Origin: Dehalococcoidia bacterium
GTDB taxonomy: Bacteria; Chloroflexota; Dehalococcoidia; Lucifugimonadales; JADFKI01
DNA length: 64,000 nt
Direction of reading: 5' to 3'
NCBI GenBank assembly: GCA_965222145.1
Contig: CBDCTG010000001.1
Span: 684,146 to 748,145, forward strand
Shown here: positions 28,951-38,184 of the stretch, piece by piece
How the letters are laid out: every line of letters starts with the position of its first letter
Numbering within the stretch: position 1 is the first letter of the stretch
The notes under the pieces: model-generated
Databases searched by the model: none
Told to the model about the DNA's origin: nothing
Seen by the model: the letters and a program-made list of their open reading frames with translations, nothing else
Made by a program: the position numbers and the translations under genes

Positions 28951-29232
28951 ATGCTCTTTCTCGCAATAAGCAGCCCGCACCCGACGCGCCCATCCGAAGT
29001 ACGGGAAACTAGGAAGAAGTACTGGCCGTGGGCGCAGGACAAGCTCGATAGAGGACTGGCGCGCGCCTTCTACGCCCGCACAGGACGGGGAGCCGTGGCG
29101 CTCTTCGACGTCGAATCCAACGAGGAGCTTCATCGGCTCCTGACAGAGTGGTCCGAGATGATACCTGCGGAGTTCGACATTTATCCGCTGCTGGATGCTG
29201 ATGCGGCGGTGCAATTCCTGAACGAAGGTTAA
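28951..29232 (+). CDS. Muconolactone delta-isomerase-like small protein
   Basis: 93 aa ferredoxin-like pattern (MLFLAISSPHP...ALFDVESNEELHRLLTEWSEMIPAEFDIYPL) resembling the MIase family. Confidence 0.6.
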   Translation: MLFLAISSPHPTRPSEVRETRKKYWPWAQDKLDRGLARAFYARTGRGAVALFDVESNEELHRLLTEWSEMIPAEFDIYPLLDADAAVQFLNEG

Positions 29233-30389
29233 TCGGCGTATCCGGTCAACTCGACATAGCCGCTGCCGGAAATGGGCTGTCCCGAGGAAGTGCCGTCTAT
29301 TCGCACCGCGCCTTCCCAGTAGCGGATGATGGTGTCGAGTTCCTGGTCGCTGATGTATGGAGTGATCTCAATATCTAGGCCCTCTGCCGGCATCTGGAAT
29401 CTCCAGCGGGATGGGTAAGTTCCGCCTCGCGGACTTTGCCACTGGTCTAGTACATCGACCTGAACGCCTTCTCTTTCGATGCTCGCGTAGTCGCCGTTTG
29501 CCTCGACCACCGTGCCCAGGTGGAAAGCGCTGCCTGTGTCATCACGGGGACGCAACACGCCGTACATTATGTCGCGCCCATCAGAAAGCTGGAGTGCAAA
29601 CCAGTCCCAGCCGGCATGCTCGTCCGAAAGCTGCGTCGAACTCCATTCTCTGTCAAGCCAGCTCATACCACTTACCGTATGCGCTTTGCCGTTCAGCGTT
29701 ATCGTCCCGTCCGTTGGCATTCGTGTCATGGAGTAATAGTAGGACGCTTCCCCTGCGCCAGTGCCCTTGTGGCTGAAACCATCTTCGCCTTGAAGCACAA
29801 TGCCCTTTTCGCTGCTCAGTGTCAGATTGATCTCAAGCCCTTCGTCGCTGGCGTAAAGTCGTATTGGCAAGGCGCTTTCACCGATGGCTTCGACCGACCA
29901 GTCCTCAAGCCAGACGCGGAAGGGCGCGCCGACTACGCCTGCCAATCCGAGCGCGTCACGGCTGTAGCGCTCGAAAGAATAGAAGTCGTTGCCCTCCACA
30001 TCGGTCAGCGCGAAGTGAGCGGTGTACATCTGCTTCGATGCCCACTCTGATGTCCGCTGCGCATCGGCCGTGGTCAAGCCTATCCTGAAGAAGGTAAGCT
30101 CGTATCCGAAGTGCCTCCCTTCGGCCGTATCGAGATTGCCCGTGTAATACCACCATTCGAGGGCGTACTCAGGGTGCGGACCGTGGTCATCAGGAAAAGT
30201 AAACTTACGTGGTTCAGTGACCTTCTCGAAGCCTGCGTCGTTCGCGTTCAGCGCATCGGCGAGGGTCAGGCTCGCGCTGACCTCCGCATCCGAGGGAGCG
30301 GACAGCGCATAGGCAGCGCCGCCCAAGACCGCTATCACTACCGCTAGGATCGCTGCGATTAATACTAGCCGCAAGAGGCTATTCTTCAT
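29229..30389 (-). CDS. AttH/CrtC-like lipocalin-fold protein (carotenoid 1,2-hydratase family), secreted or membrane-anchored
   Basis: N-terminal TM/signal MKNSLLRLVLIAAILAVVIAVLGG and the hallmark FPDDHGPHPEYALEWWYYTGNL...GYELTFFRI. It overlaps the end of the upstream permease gene. Confidence 0.8.
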   Translation of the reverse strand: MKNSLLRLVLIAAILAVVIAVLGGAAYALSAPSDAEVSASLTLADALNANDAGFEKVTEPRKFTFPDDHGPHPEYALEWWYYTGNLDTAEGRHFGYELTFFRIGLTTADAQRTSEWASKQMYTAHFALTDVEGNDFYSFERYSRDALGLAGVVGAPFRVWLEDWSVEAIGESALPIRLYASDEGLEINLTLSSEKGIVLQGEDGFSHKGTGAGEASYYYSMTRMPTDGTITLNGKAHTVSGMSWLDREWSSTQLSDEHAGWDWFALQLSDGRDIMYGVLRPRDDTGSAFHLGTVVEANGDYASIEREGVQVDVLDQWQSPRGGTYPSRWRFQMPAEGLDIEITPYISDQELDTIIRYWEGAVRIDGTSSGQPISGSGYVELTGYAD

Positions 30390-32961
30390 GCAGCACCTCG
30401 GCGGGCGACGAGCGCGACATCCTGAATGCAGGATAGACCGATGCGAGCAGAGCGGCGGCGGCGGCAATCACGACCGCCTGCGCCAGCATCATCGGGTAGA
30501 TTTCCATATCCATCGACCAGCCGAACGATCTGCGATTGACAACGAATATCAGGACTGCTCCCTGTATCAAGCCCAGTGGCACCGCGAGCAGGCCCGCGGC
30601 TATGCCCATCATCCCGGTCTGCGTTGTGAACATCAGCCACACCTGTGTCGGCGTGAAGCCTATGGCGCGAAGCGTTCCGAATTCGGTCGATCGCTCCATC
30701 TGCATCGCCATCAGTGCGCTCAGCACACCCACGAATGCCACCGCTATTGACAGCGCATGCACAACCGACGTAATGGCGAAACTTCGCTCGAAAACCTCCA
30801 GCGCAGCAGCTTTTAATTCGGCGTTGGAGCGGATTTCGACCTCAGCACCGTTGCCGATTGCGCGACTGATTGCCTTCTTCAGGTCGCGCACGGCAACTCC
30901 GTCTGCCGCCGTCACGCCAATTCCGGTGACATTGGCGTCGTTCCAGTAGCGATTGTACAGGCTGCCGCTCATCATCACCTTGCCGTTCGCTGAGTTACGG
31001 TAGTCGTAGTAGATGCCCGCAATGCGAAATTCTCGTTCCCCCTCGGATGTGTGCAGTCTAATCGTTGATCCTATGCTCTTATCATTGTGGTATGCATAAG
31101 GCTCGGACACGGCTACGGCGCCGCCGCTTTGCAGATCGTCCCAGATCGACGCGGGGCTTCCCTCCTTGAACGAGTTGTAGCGAACGAAATTATCGTAGCT
31201 TGTGTCAAATGCCAGCAGTTCCACCTTACCGCTCGGCGAGTTGACACGCGCATTGCGAACAGTGCGGACGCTTGCAACAGCGTCGACCGCTCGTATGCGC
31301 TCGACGAACTGAGGCGACAAACCTGTCGCGCCTCCTCGCGAATTGAACGAGGTCGGAGATATGTATAGGTCCGAGCCTAGCGAATTATCCAACCACTGAA
31401 CGACTGTGCCACGGAAGCTCTGCACCATCGTATCTATGGAAATCGTGATGGATATAGCGACAGCGAGGGCAGCGATAGCGACAGCCGTACGGCTGATGGA
31501 TGCGGCTATCCCCCCTGCTGCCATCGCACCCATTGCGCCAAATATAGCGCGCATGGGCGGCGCGAGCGCCTTGCTGAACAAAATGACGCACGCGGGCGTG
31601 AGCATCGCATAGCCCAGAACAAGCGCGCCTATGCCCGTGAAGGCCAGAATTAGAGACTTGGCTGGTAAAAGTATGAGCGCCACGCCAATGGCTGCCAGAG
31701 CAACTCCGGCGGCAGAGGCAAGCGGTATGGCGCCTCTGAAGCGCTCTTCAAGGTGCGAACGTGACAACGTTTCTCGTGCGGAAACGCCGGTCGCTTCAAG
31801 TGCAGGCACGAACGCCGCAGCCAATGTTGCGAACAGCCCTAGCAGCGCGCCCTTCACGAGCGACCACACCGGAATGGAGAGTTCCTGCACCGATACCACG
31901 AAGAAGAGGTCTGTAATGGTCTGCGTGATGATATTCAGTATTCCGCGCCCGATTACTATACCGAGCAGCACGCCTATGACAGAGCCGATAAGTCCAATAA
32001 CCAGCGCCTCACTGAGCACAAGAGCGAAAATCTGCTGCCTTGTTACGCCCAGAGCACGCAGCGCTCCAATTACCGGACGGCGCTGCACTACTGAGAATGC
32101 CATCGCGTTGTATATCAGGAACGCGCCGACGATCAGACCTAGGAGGCTTATGACAAACAGGTTGTCGTCGAATGAACTCGTAAGCTCGTCGATAGTCTCT
32201 GAGCGGGTCGCCGAACTGACGAGTGTCGCCTCGGCGGGCAGAACGCGACGTATGCGTGCTAGCGACTCATCGCCGTTCTCGTCGGAAGATACAATCAGGT
32301 CGATATGACTCAGACGCCCTTCATATCCGATGAGCTCCTGAGCCGTGGAAATGTCCGTTATGACCAGGTTCTTGAGTGTTTCGCTGCTCAGGCTGTTGCG
32401 AGGGGTTATCAGACCTGCGATCTCAACCAGGTGCGGCTTATCCGAAATCCTGAGTTTGAGGGGATCCCCCGCCTGCAGCCCCAGTTCCTTAGCGGTCTCG
32501 ACCGATATAAGTGCGCTGTTGGGTATGACGAGCAAGGATGCGACGTTCTGCACAGGTGCATTCGCTCTGCCAACTTGCGGGCTGCTGCGAGTGTATGGAC
32601 GGAACTGAGCGTCAGCAAGCGGGTCAATTCCAAGTATGCGAAGCGCTCCGCCGTCGTGCGTCCCTTCGGGCAAGTAGGCGTAGCCCTCCACGACAGGCGC
32701 GGACGCCCTGACACCCAACTCTACACGCAACTCCCGATAGACATCCTCGGGCAGACCTCCGGGTCCGCCGACAATCCGATGGGTAGCCTTGCCGGAAACG
32801 GCGTCGCTGGACAGGCTGAACGCATGCTTGGCGCTCTGATTGCCTAGGTCTATGGCGACCACTATGGCGACGCCGAGTGTTATTCCCAGAACTGAGAGCG
32901 CCGTTTGCCACGGTCGGCTGATGATGTAGCGTGCGCTTGAAAGCCACAGCGTTTTGCTCAT
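30379..32961 (-). CDS. ABC transporter permease, double FtsX/MacB-type (AttF/AttG-like fusion)
   Basis: 860 aa with two FtsX 4-TM modules, each preceded by a large extracytoplasmic MacB-like domain. Confidence 0.9.
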   Translation of the reverse strand: MSKTLWLSSARYIISRPWQTALSVLGITLGVAIVVAIDLGNQSAKHAFSLSSDAVSGKATHRIVGGPGGLPEDVYRELRVELGVRASAPVVEGYAYLPEGTHDGGALRILGIDPLADAQFRPYTRSSPQVGRANAPVQNVASLLVIPNSALISVETAKELGLQAGDPLKLRISDKPHLVEIAGLITPRNSLSSETLKNLVITDISTAQELIGYEGRLSHIDLIVSSDENGDESLARIRRVLPAEATLVSSATRSETIDELTSSFDDNLFVISLLGLIVGAFLIYNAMAFSVVQRRPVIGALRALGVTRQQIFALVLSEALVIGLIGSVIGVLLGIVIGRGILNIITQTITDLFFVVSVQELSIPVWSLVKGALLGLFATLAAAFVPALEATGVSARETLSRSHLEERFRGAIPLASAAGVALAAIGVALILLPAKSLILAFTGIGALVLGYAMLTPACVILFSKALAPPMRAIFGAMGAMAAGGIAASISRTAVAIAALAVAISITISIDTMVQSFRGTVVQWLDNSLGSDLYISPTSFNSRGGATGLSPQFVERIRAVDAVASVRTVRNARVNSPSGKVELLAFDTSYDNFVRYNSFKEGSPASIWDDLQSGGAVAVSEPYAYHNDKSIGSTIRLHTSEGEREFRIAGIYYDYRNSANGKVMMSGSLYNRYWNDANVTGIGVTAADGVAVRDLKKAISRAIGNGAEVEIRSNAELKAAALEVFERSFAITSVVHALSIAVAFVGVLSALMAMQMERSTEFGTLRAIGFTPTQVWLMFTTQTGMMGIAAGLLAVPLGLIQGAVLIFVVNRRSFGWSMDMEIYPMMLAQAVVIAAAAALLASVYPAFRMSRSSPAEVLHEE

Positions 32962-32991
32962 ATATCGCGCCCCGCATTCGTGGCAACCCAG

Positions 32992-33699
32992 TCAAGAATG
33001 CAGTCGATTATTGACATATCCATCGCCTCGGATTCGTTCCACCAGCTTCCCATCCTCCATTGCAAGGACTCGATCTGCCATCCTCGCGACTACATCACTG
33101 TGAGACACGATGACCATCGTCTTGCCGCTGCCATCTATAAGGCTCTTTAGAAGGGACAGGATCGCCCTACCCGTATCGGCGTCGAGGTTGCCCGTAGGCT
33201 CGTCAGCAAGGATTAGCGGCGGGTCGTGCGCGAGAGCGCGGGCAATGGCAACGCGCTGCTTCTCGCCGCCTGAAAGCCTGTCCGGATAGCTGTCAATCCG
33301 ATCTCCCATGCCAATCCGTTCCAGCAGGTACATGACTCTATCGTCCGACTCGGCGCTTGGAAAGCTATTGAGCTGGAGCGGCAGCAATAGGTTCTCCTTT
33401 ACGCTCAACGTGGGAATCAGATTGAAGAACTGGAAGACGAAGCCGATGTTCTTTCGCCTGAATAGCGTGCGATCTTTCTCAGAGAGTTTCGTAATAGGCA
33501 CGGTGTCTATCAGCACATCTCCGCTTGTTGGCGTGTCAATTCCGCTGATGAGGTTGAGCAGCGTGGTCTTGCCGGAGCCGCTAGGACCAGCAAGAGCGAC
33601 CAATTCGCCGCGATGAATGTCGGCGTCTGCGCGCTCGATGACTGAGCGCGCCTCGGTCCCCTCTTCGTAACGCTTCGTCAGCGCGCGCATCTCCACCAT
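32992..33699 (-). CDS. ABC transporter ATP-binding protein (MacB/LolD-type, AttE-like)
   Basis: Walker [10 protein letters not shown], signature [15 protein letters not shown], Walker [13 protein letters not shown] place the start at [11 protein letters not shown] (ATG 33699). The 83-codon upstream extension in the ORF track is Cys-rich and has no homologous look. Confidence 0.9.
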   Translation of the reverse strand: MVEMRALTKRYEEGTEARSVIERADADIHRGELVALAGPSGSGKTTLLNLISGIDTPTSGDVLIDTVPITKLSEKDRTLFRRKNIGFVFQFFNLIPTLSVKENLLLPLQLNSFPSAESDDRVMYLLERIGMGDRIDSYPDRLSGGEKQRVAIARALAHDPPLILADEPTGNLDADTGRAILSLLKSLIDGSGKTMVIVSHSDVVARMADRVLAMEDGKLVERIRGDGYVNNRLHS

Positions 33700-33951
33700 T
33701 GCCTTTCGCGCGAGGCAGGCGGATGTGGCGCTGCGTTTTAGTTGCTTGGCGGTCGAATCTGACGTACTGATAGTATGTCCTGCTAATTGGCACTTCTGTG
33801 TAGGAGGTCTTACCTCATTTATAACACAGCGGGAACAATCGGCGTTACATGCGGACATGCTTATACTTGGAATACATAAGCAACAATCTGTCAACCTGAT
33901 CTGCACCGAAAGCCGTTTACATTGTTGAACAGACGCTGCACCTTGCATATA

Positions 33952-33971
33952 CCACTGACTAATGTCAGTGG
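33952..33971. promoter_or_regulatory. Inverted repeat (candidate operator) in the divergent ABC/PPIase intergenic region
   Basis: CCACTGAC-TAAT-GTCAGTGG has perfect 8-bp arms and a 4-nt spacer. It lies inside a 373-nt non-coding gap. Confidence 0.25.
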
Positions 33972-34072
33972 AGACGATAGGGTAGGGTAGCGATTAACTT
34001 GCGGTGATTGTAGAATAGTCCCGTTGACGCGCCTATTGCAGCGTCATTTTACTGGGAGGTTTTGTTAAGAAA

Positions 34073-34822
34073 ATGCTAATGAGACACTCATGGAAAATTG
34101 CGTTTGTGGCTGCGGCGGGGCTTGCGTTGCTGACAATGGCTTGCAGTTCTGGTGAGCCAGAACTTGGTGCGCCGAAAGCACCCACTGCCGCGCCTGCTCA
34201 GCCTGCGTCCACTCAGCCGGCTGCTTCGGCACCGGCGCCTGCATCTGAACCCGCGATCAAGGAGTGGGACTCGCCGCCACCAATGACGATTGGCACGAGC
34301 AAAGACTTCACGGCGGTCATTGAGCTGGAGAAGGGTGGCGAGATTGTCATAGACCTGTTCGAGGACGGAGCGCCTACGACGGTGAACAACTTCGTCTTCC
34401 TTGCTAACGAAGGCTTCTATGATGGAGTAACCTTTCACCGCGTGCTGGAAGGCTTCATGGCGCAGACGGGCGACCCGACAGGCACAGGTGGAGGTGGCCC
34501 GGGATACCGCTTCGACAACGAACTTAGCCCCGACCTGCGACACGAAGGCCCCGGCATACTCTCGATGGCGAACGCGGGCATGCGAAACGGGCAAGGAACC
34601 AATGGCAGCCAGTTCTTCATAACTTTCCGCGAGACACATTCCCTTGACGGATACAATCTGGACGGTTCGGAAAAGGACTGCGCGGCTGAATCCTGCCACT
34701 CTGTGTTCGGCAGAGTTGAAGAAGGCAGTATGGATGTCGTGATGGGCATCAGCCTGAGAGACCCTGGCAGCGCGACCACCCCGGGCGATGTAATCAAGAC
34801 GATTAGAATCGAAGAAAAATAG
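34073..34822 (+). CDS. Secreted/lipoprotein cyclophilin-type peptidyl-prolyl isomerase
   Basis: Signal peptide ending LLTMAC, an Ala/Pro-rich linker, then a cyclophilin core (FHRVLEGFMAQTGDPTGTGGGGPGY...GILSMANAG...NGSQFFIT). Confidence 0.9.
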   Translation: MLMRHSWKIAFVAAAGLALLTMACSSGEPELGAPKAPTAAPAQPASTQPAASAPAPASEPAIKEWDSPPPMTIGTSKDFTAVIELEKGGEIVIDLFEDGAPTTVNNFVFLANEGFYDGVTFHRVLEGFMAQTGDPTGTGGGGPGYRFDNELSPDLRHEGPGILSMANAGMRNGQGTNGSQFFITFRETHSLDGYNLDGSEKDCAAESCHSVFGRVEEGSMDVVMGISLRDPGSATTPGDVIKTIRIEEK

Positions 34823-34848
34823 TTTATTGAAGACCGATTGGAGGAATT

Positions 34849-35379
34849 GTGGTAAGCAAGCAATACAGTGCTCCGCCAGCGATGGCGATAGATCAGGGCA
34901 AAAAGTACACAGCGACTATTGAATTGGAGAATGGCCGCGAGATAGAGATAGAGCTGTTCGCTGCCGATGCACCTATAACCGTGAACAACTTCGTATTTCT
35001 GGCGCGTGAAGGCTACTATGACGGCATAACCTTCCACCGCGTCATTCCCGGCTTCATGGCGCAAGGTGGTGATCCGACAGGCTCAGGTAGCGGTGGGCCG
35101 GGCTACCAGTTCGACGACGAGTTTCATACGAGTCTGCGCCACGACACGCCGGGCGTTTTGTCGATGGCAAATGCAGGCGTTCGGGGCGGACGTGGAACTA
35201 ACGGTAGCCAGTTCTTCATTACCTTCGTTCCCACACCGCACCTGGACGATCACCACTCTGTGTTCGGCAGGGTGGTGTCTGGAATGGATGTGGTGAATGG
35301 CATTACGGTCCGAGACCCTATGCGCCAGAGGACACCGGGCGACGCTATGAAGACAATCCGTATCGACGAGTCCGAATAG
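34849..35379 (+). CDS. Cyclophilin-type peptidyl-prolyl isomerase (cytoplasmic form)
   Basis: 176 aa ([25 protein letters not shown]...SMANAG...NGSQFFIT). GTG start 5 nt after GGAGGA. Confidence 0.9.
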   Translation: MVSKQYSAPPAMAIDQGKKYTATIELENGREIEIELFAADAPITVNNFVFLAREGYYDGITFHRVIPGFMAQGGDPTGSGSGGPGYQFDDEFHTSLRHDTPGVLSMANAGVRGGRGTNGSQFFITFVPTPHLDDHHSVFGRVVSGMDVVNGITVRDPMRQRTPGDAMKTIRIDESE

Positions 35380-35420
35380 CTCTGACCTATTTCTGATTGC
35401 ATGAACGCGATCGTGCTGAA

Positions 35421-35457
35421 ACAGAGGCGCTGGCAATATGCTTGCCAGCGCCTCTGT
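35421..35457. terminator. Strong bidirectional hairpin terminator between convergent genes
   Basis: Perfect 16-bp stem ACAGAGGCGCTGGCAA / TTGCCAGCGCCTCTGT with a 5-nt loop, followed by TATTCTC. It lies between the stops at 35379 and 35496. Confidence 0.7.
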
Positions 35458-35495
35458 TATTCTCGCTCTCGCCACGCGAGCTACTGCTAATCGAT

Positions 35496-37682
35496 TTAGT
35501 CGTCGCCTACCACCGGAGCGATGTACGGTTCGGTCTCATCGGCTGGCTTCGTTAGGTGCAGGCTGAACAGCTTGCCCTGTGTACCAATCCAGGACTGGTT
35601 GCCGGCGCTCAACTCCTCGCCGCTGATGAGTGGCCTGTTGTTAATTCGAATACTAGGCTCTGTCTGCGAGCTGCGTATCTCCACATCTTCTTTGCTGAAG
35701 TAGAATGACAGCCCGTGCAACTCAGGTATTCCTAGTTCCTCTCCCTGGAGAAGATTCTTCGAATTTACGAGAGTCAGGAACGAACGCTCAAGCGTGGTGA
35801 AATCCACGAGCAATTCATTATCGTCATCGTATATGTAGCCGTATGGAGTTGGCCTTGTCAGCCCATATATTGCGTATATTATGCCTGCCATCATAAGTAT
35901 GGCTGCTACACCCGCCACAGAGTATATGAATATCAACAACGGGAAGTCGCTGCTCTCTTCAGGCGCGGGCGGCTCAATTACCGGCGGCGCGGGTGCAGGT
36001 GGTGGTGGCGGCGCAGGTGCCGGAGGCGCCGCTTGCTGCACCACTACCACAGGCTCAGGCCTCGCGGGAGGCGCCGGGTATGATGACAATACCTCAGAGT
36101 TCGTGGTGAAGTTGTAATCGCGAGCGGCGTACTTCATGTTCAGCTGGAACAACGCAGTGTGAAGTTCCTCTACGTCCGGCGTAAACACGATGTCGAACGC
36201 CCAGGCGTGTCCCGTGTTGAGCAGTTCTTGCGGAATGAGCTCTATCACGCCTGCTCCGCTTTCAGAGGAAATATCCGCTGAGAGCAGGTTTATGGGTATG
36301 CCATATGGCTGGTCGTTTACCTTTACTTCTGCTGTGCCGATGATCACTCGCTCTCCGGGTACCAGCGCGTCCGTGTGTGCTAGATTCACGTCGAGCACGG
36401 GGAATGCCTGTGCCGAAATGGACTTGTGAGTCGAAATGGTATGCAGGTGCTGCGGCCAGTGCATTTCCAACTCTACCTTGTAATGGCCCTCGCTGCCGAG
36501 CGGTGGCACCGTCGTAGAATAGTAGGCGTCGCCGGCAATCGCATCCCCAAGTTCGCCGTTGTCATTCAGGGTGTGCGTGAATGTCTGTCCACTGGGAGAC
36601 ACGATCGTAGCTCTCAGATCGGCGTCAGTCACGCTCACGCGCTCCGATCCGTCTGAGATGTACACAACGAATTCCGTGCTCTGGTCGTGCGGAATCGTAT
36701 CGAACGACACAAGATGCAGGTCCAGCTTGTTCTTGGGATAGTGCCACGCCGAAATGAAGCCGTCGCCGCCTCGCACATCCACCGTCCACTCACCCGGAAT
36801 CGGGTCAGTCAGTGTCCAAATCACAACATGCGGTGTTTCCACAACACCGGATAGTACGCGGTCGCCCTCGGCCGCTGTAACACCTGACGGATTCTGGAGA
36901 CTCAATGATCCCGTCGAACCCTGCTTGAAGAATACGATCGAAGACTCTGTGGTGCTCGGCGGTATATCGAGGGAGGCAGTGAACACGTCATTAGGAGCGA
37001 GTTCGTCCTGACCAATCTCGAAAAGCGAGCCCTTTGCGTCACTACTCAGGATCTTGTCCGCGATGACTTTCAACTCCTGCGGCGTGGCAAGCGGGAAGAT
37101 CTCGCCGCCGGTGCCGCCTGAGACGGTTCGCAGGAAGTCTTTGGCGTAAGTCGAAGACCCTGGAAGCGCAACTCCGTAGACCTGCCAGCCTTCCTTGTTG
37201 AAGTCATTGATGGTATCGCCTAGCGGATATTCCGCTGCTGGGGCATCACCATCTATTTCGCCACCTGACACAACGTACACGGCTGACCCGTCGCCTGCGC
37301 CTTCGAACTTCATGCGTTCGTGGGCATAAGAGAGGGCTGACGAAAGATCTTCAACTTGGACGGCGGACGAGTCCTCTATCCTGTTGACGACCTCTCGATA
37401 TGTGCTCTTGTGTTCCGCGCTGCCAGCGACTGCCGGGCCTATAATGCCTTCATCACCTGTAGTGATGAAGCCCAGGCTCTGGTCCTCGCGCAACTCGGAC
37501 AGCAGCCCGATAAACGAGACCGTCATGTCGCGGTTGCTCTCGGACATGCCCGAGGCATGCCGGTCAACGACCACTATGTAGAGCGGGTCGTTGCTTTGAG
37601 CGCTCAGAAGCCCCGTCTGGCTTGCAGACCACGAAAGTAATAGTATAGCTGCTAGAAAAAACGCGATTCTGGATTTTTTCAT
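35496..37682 (-). CDS. Large membrane protein: signal peptide, vWA-like domain, Ig-like repeats, Pro-rich stalk, TM, cytoplasmic FHA-like domain
   Basis: 728 aa from MKKSRIAFFLAAILLL (GGAGGTGGA Shine-Dalgarno upstream). vWA-like beta-alpha start (LYIVVVDRHASGMSES), a long beta-rich ectodomain, AAPPAPAPPPPPAPAPPVIEPPAPE, TM LLIFIYSVAGVAAILMMAGIIYAIYG, and a C-terminal beta-rich domain of about 100 aa. Confidence 0.7.
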   Translation of the reverse strand: MKKSRIAFFLAAILLLSWSASQTGLLSAQSNDPLYIVVVDRHASGMSESNRDMTVSFIGLLSELREDQSLGFITTGDEGIIGPAVAGSAEHKSTYREVVNRIEDSSAVQVEDLSSALSYAHERMKFEGAGDGSAVYVVSGGEIDGDAPAAEYPLGDTINDFNKEGWQVYGVALPGSSTYAKDFLRTVSGGTGGEIFPLATPQELKVIADKILSSDAKGSLFEIGQDELAPNDVFTASLDIPPSTTESSIVFFKQGSTGSLSLQNPSGVTAAEGDRVLSGVVETPHVVIWTLTDPIPGEWTVDVRGGDGFISAWHYPKNKLDLHLVSFDTIPHDQSTEFVVYISDGSERVSVTDADLRATIVSPSGQTFTHTLNDNGELGDAIAGDAYYSTTVPPLGSEGHYKVELEMHWPQHLHTISTHKSISAQAFPVLDVNLAHTDALVPGERVIIGTAEVKVNDQPYGIPINLLSADISSESGAGVIELIPQELLNTGHAWAFDIVFTPDVEELHTALFQLNMKYAARDYNFTTNSEVLSSYPAPPARPEPVVVVQQAAPPAPAPPPPPAPAPPVIEPPAPEESSDFPLLIFIYSVAGVAAILMMAGIIYAIYGLTRPTPYGYIYDDDNELLVDFTTLERSFLTLVNSKNLLQGEELGIPELHGLSFYFSKEDVEIRSSQTEPSIRINNRPLISGEELSAGNQSWIGTQGKLFSLHLTKPADETEPYIAPVVGDD

Positions 37683-37782
37683 CTTCCACCTCCGTACACA
37701 AGTCAGAATGACACAAGACACGAAATTGCTTCAACGCGTATTTAGACCTTTTTTAGACTGCAATCTAATTAGTACATCAGAA

Positions 37783-38184
37783 ATGTCCAATAAAATCGCT
37801 AGTGTTTCATGCCATAGAAATGCCATTCTTCTGTGTCGCTTAACTGGTGGACGGGTAATTGTCGCAGCTGCAATGGTGCTGATAATGCTCGCAATACCCT
37901 CAGCTTGCACTGACAACGGAACGAGTGACACCAACGAGGAAGGACCCTTTGTTGAGGTGGTGCGAGGGATTGTGTTGGAAGTGGATGCGGAGTCGCTGAT
38001 TTCCCTGGACGCGCTGGAAGTGCAAGATGAGAGTGGAGCAGTTTGGCACTTCGTGGGCAGAGGCAAGGTAGTGCCGGGTTTCACGCCGTCGCACTTGAGC
38101 GAACACAAGCTTTTGGGATTGGCTGTGGAAGTGAGCTTTTATCGAGAGGGCGAGGTGCTGGTACTGGAGGACATCAGCGATTAG
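37783..38184 (+). CDS. Small secreted/lipoprotein-like hypothetical protein
   Basis: About 133 aa from MSNKIAS. Hydrophobic segment VIVAAAMVLIMLAIPSAC, then an acidic beta-rich domain. The start is uncertain; the ORF-track start at 37708 would leave only 25 nt to the divergent gene. Confidence 0.45.
   Translation: MSNKIASVSCHRNAILLCRLTGGRVIVAAAMVLIMLAIPSACTDNGTSDTNEEGPFVEVVRGIVLEVDAESLISLDALEVQDESGAVWHFVGRGKVVPGFTPSHLSEHKLLGLAVEVSFYREGEVLVLEDISD

Noticed and set aside
5062-35457. Two terminator hairpins sharing AACAGAGG...CCTCTGTT ends (5061-5091 and 35420-35458) as a possible REP-like repeat family
   Set aside because: Only the outer 8 nt match, the interiors differ completely, and there are just two copies. 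The match is likely chance.
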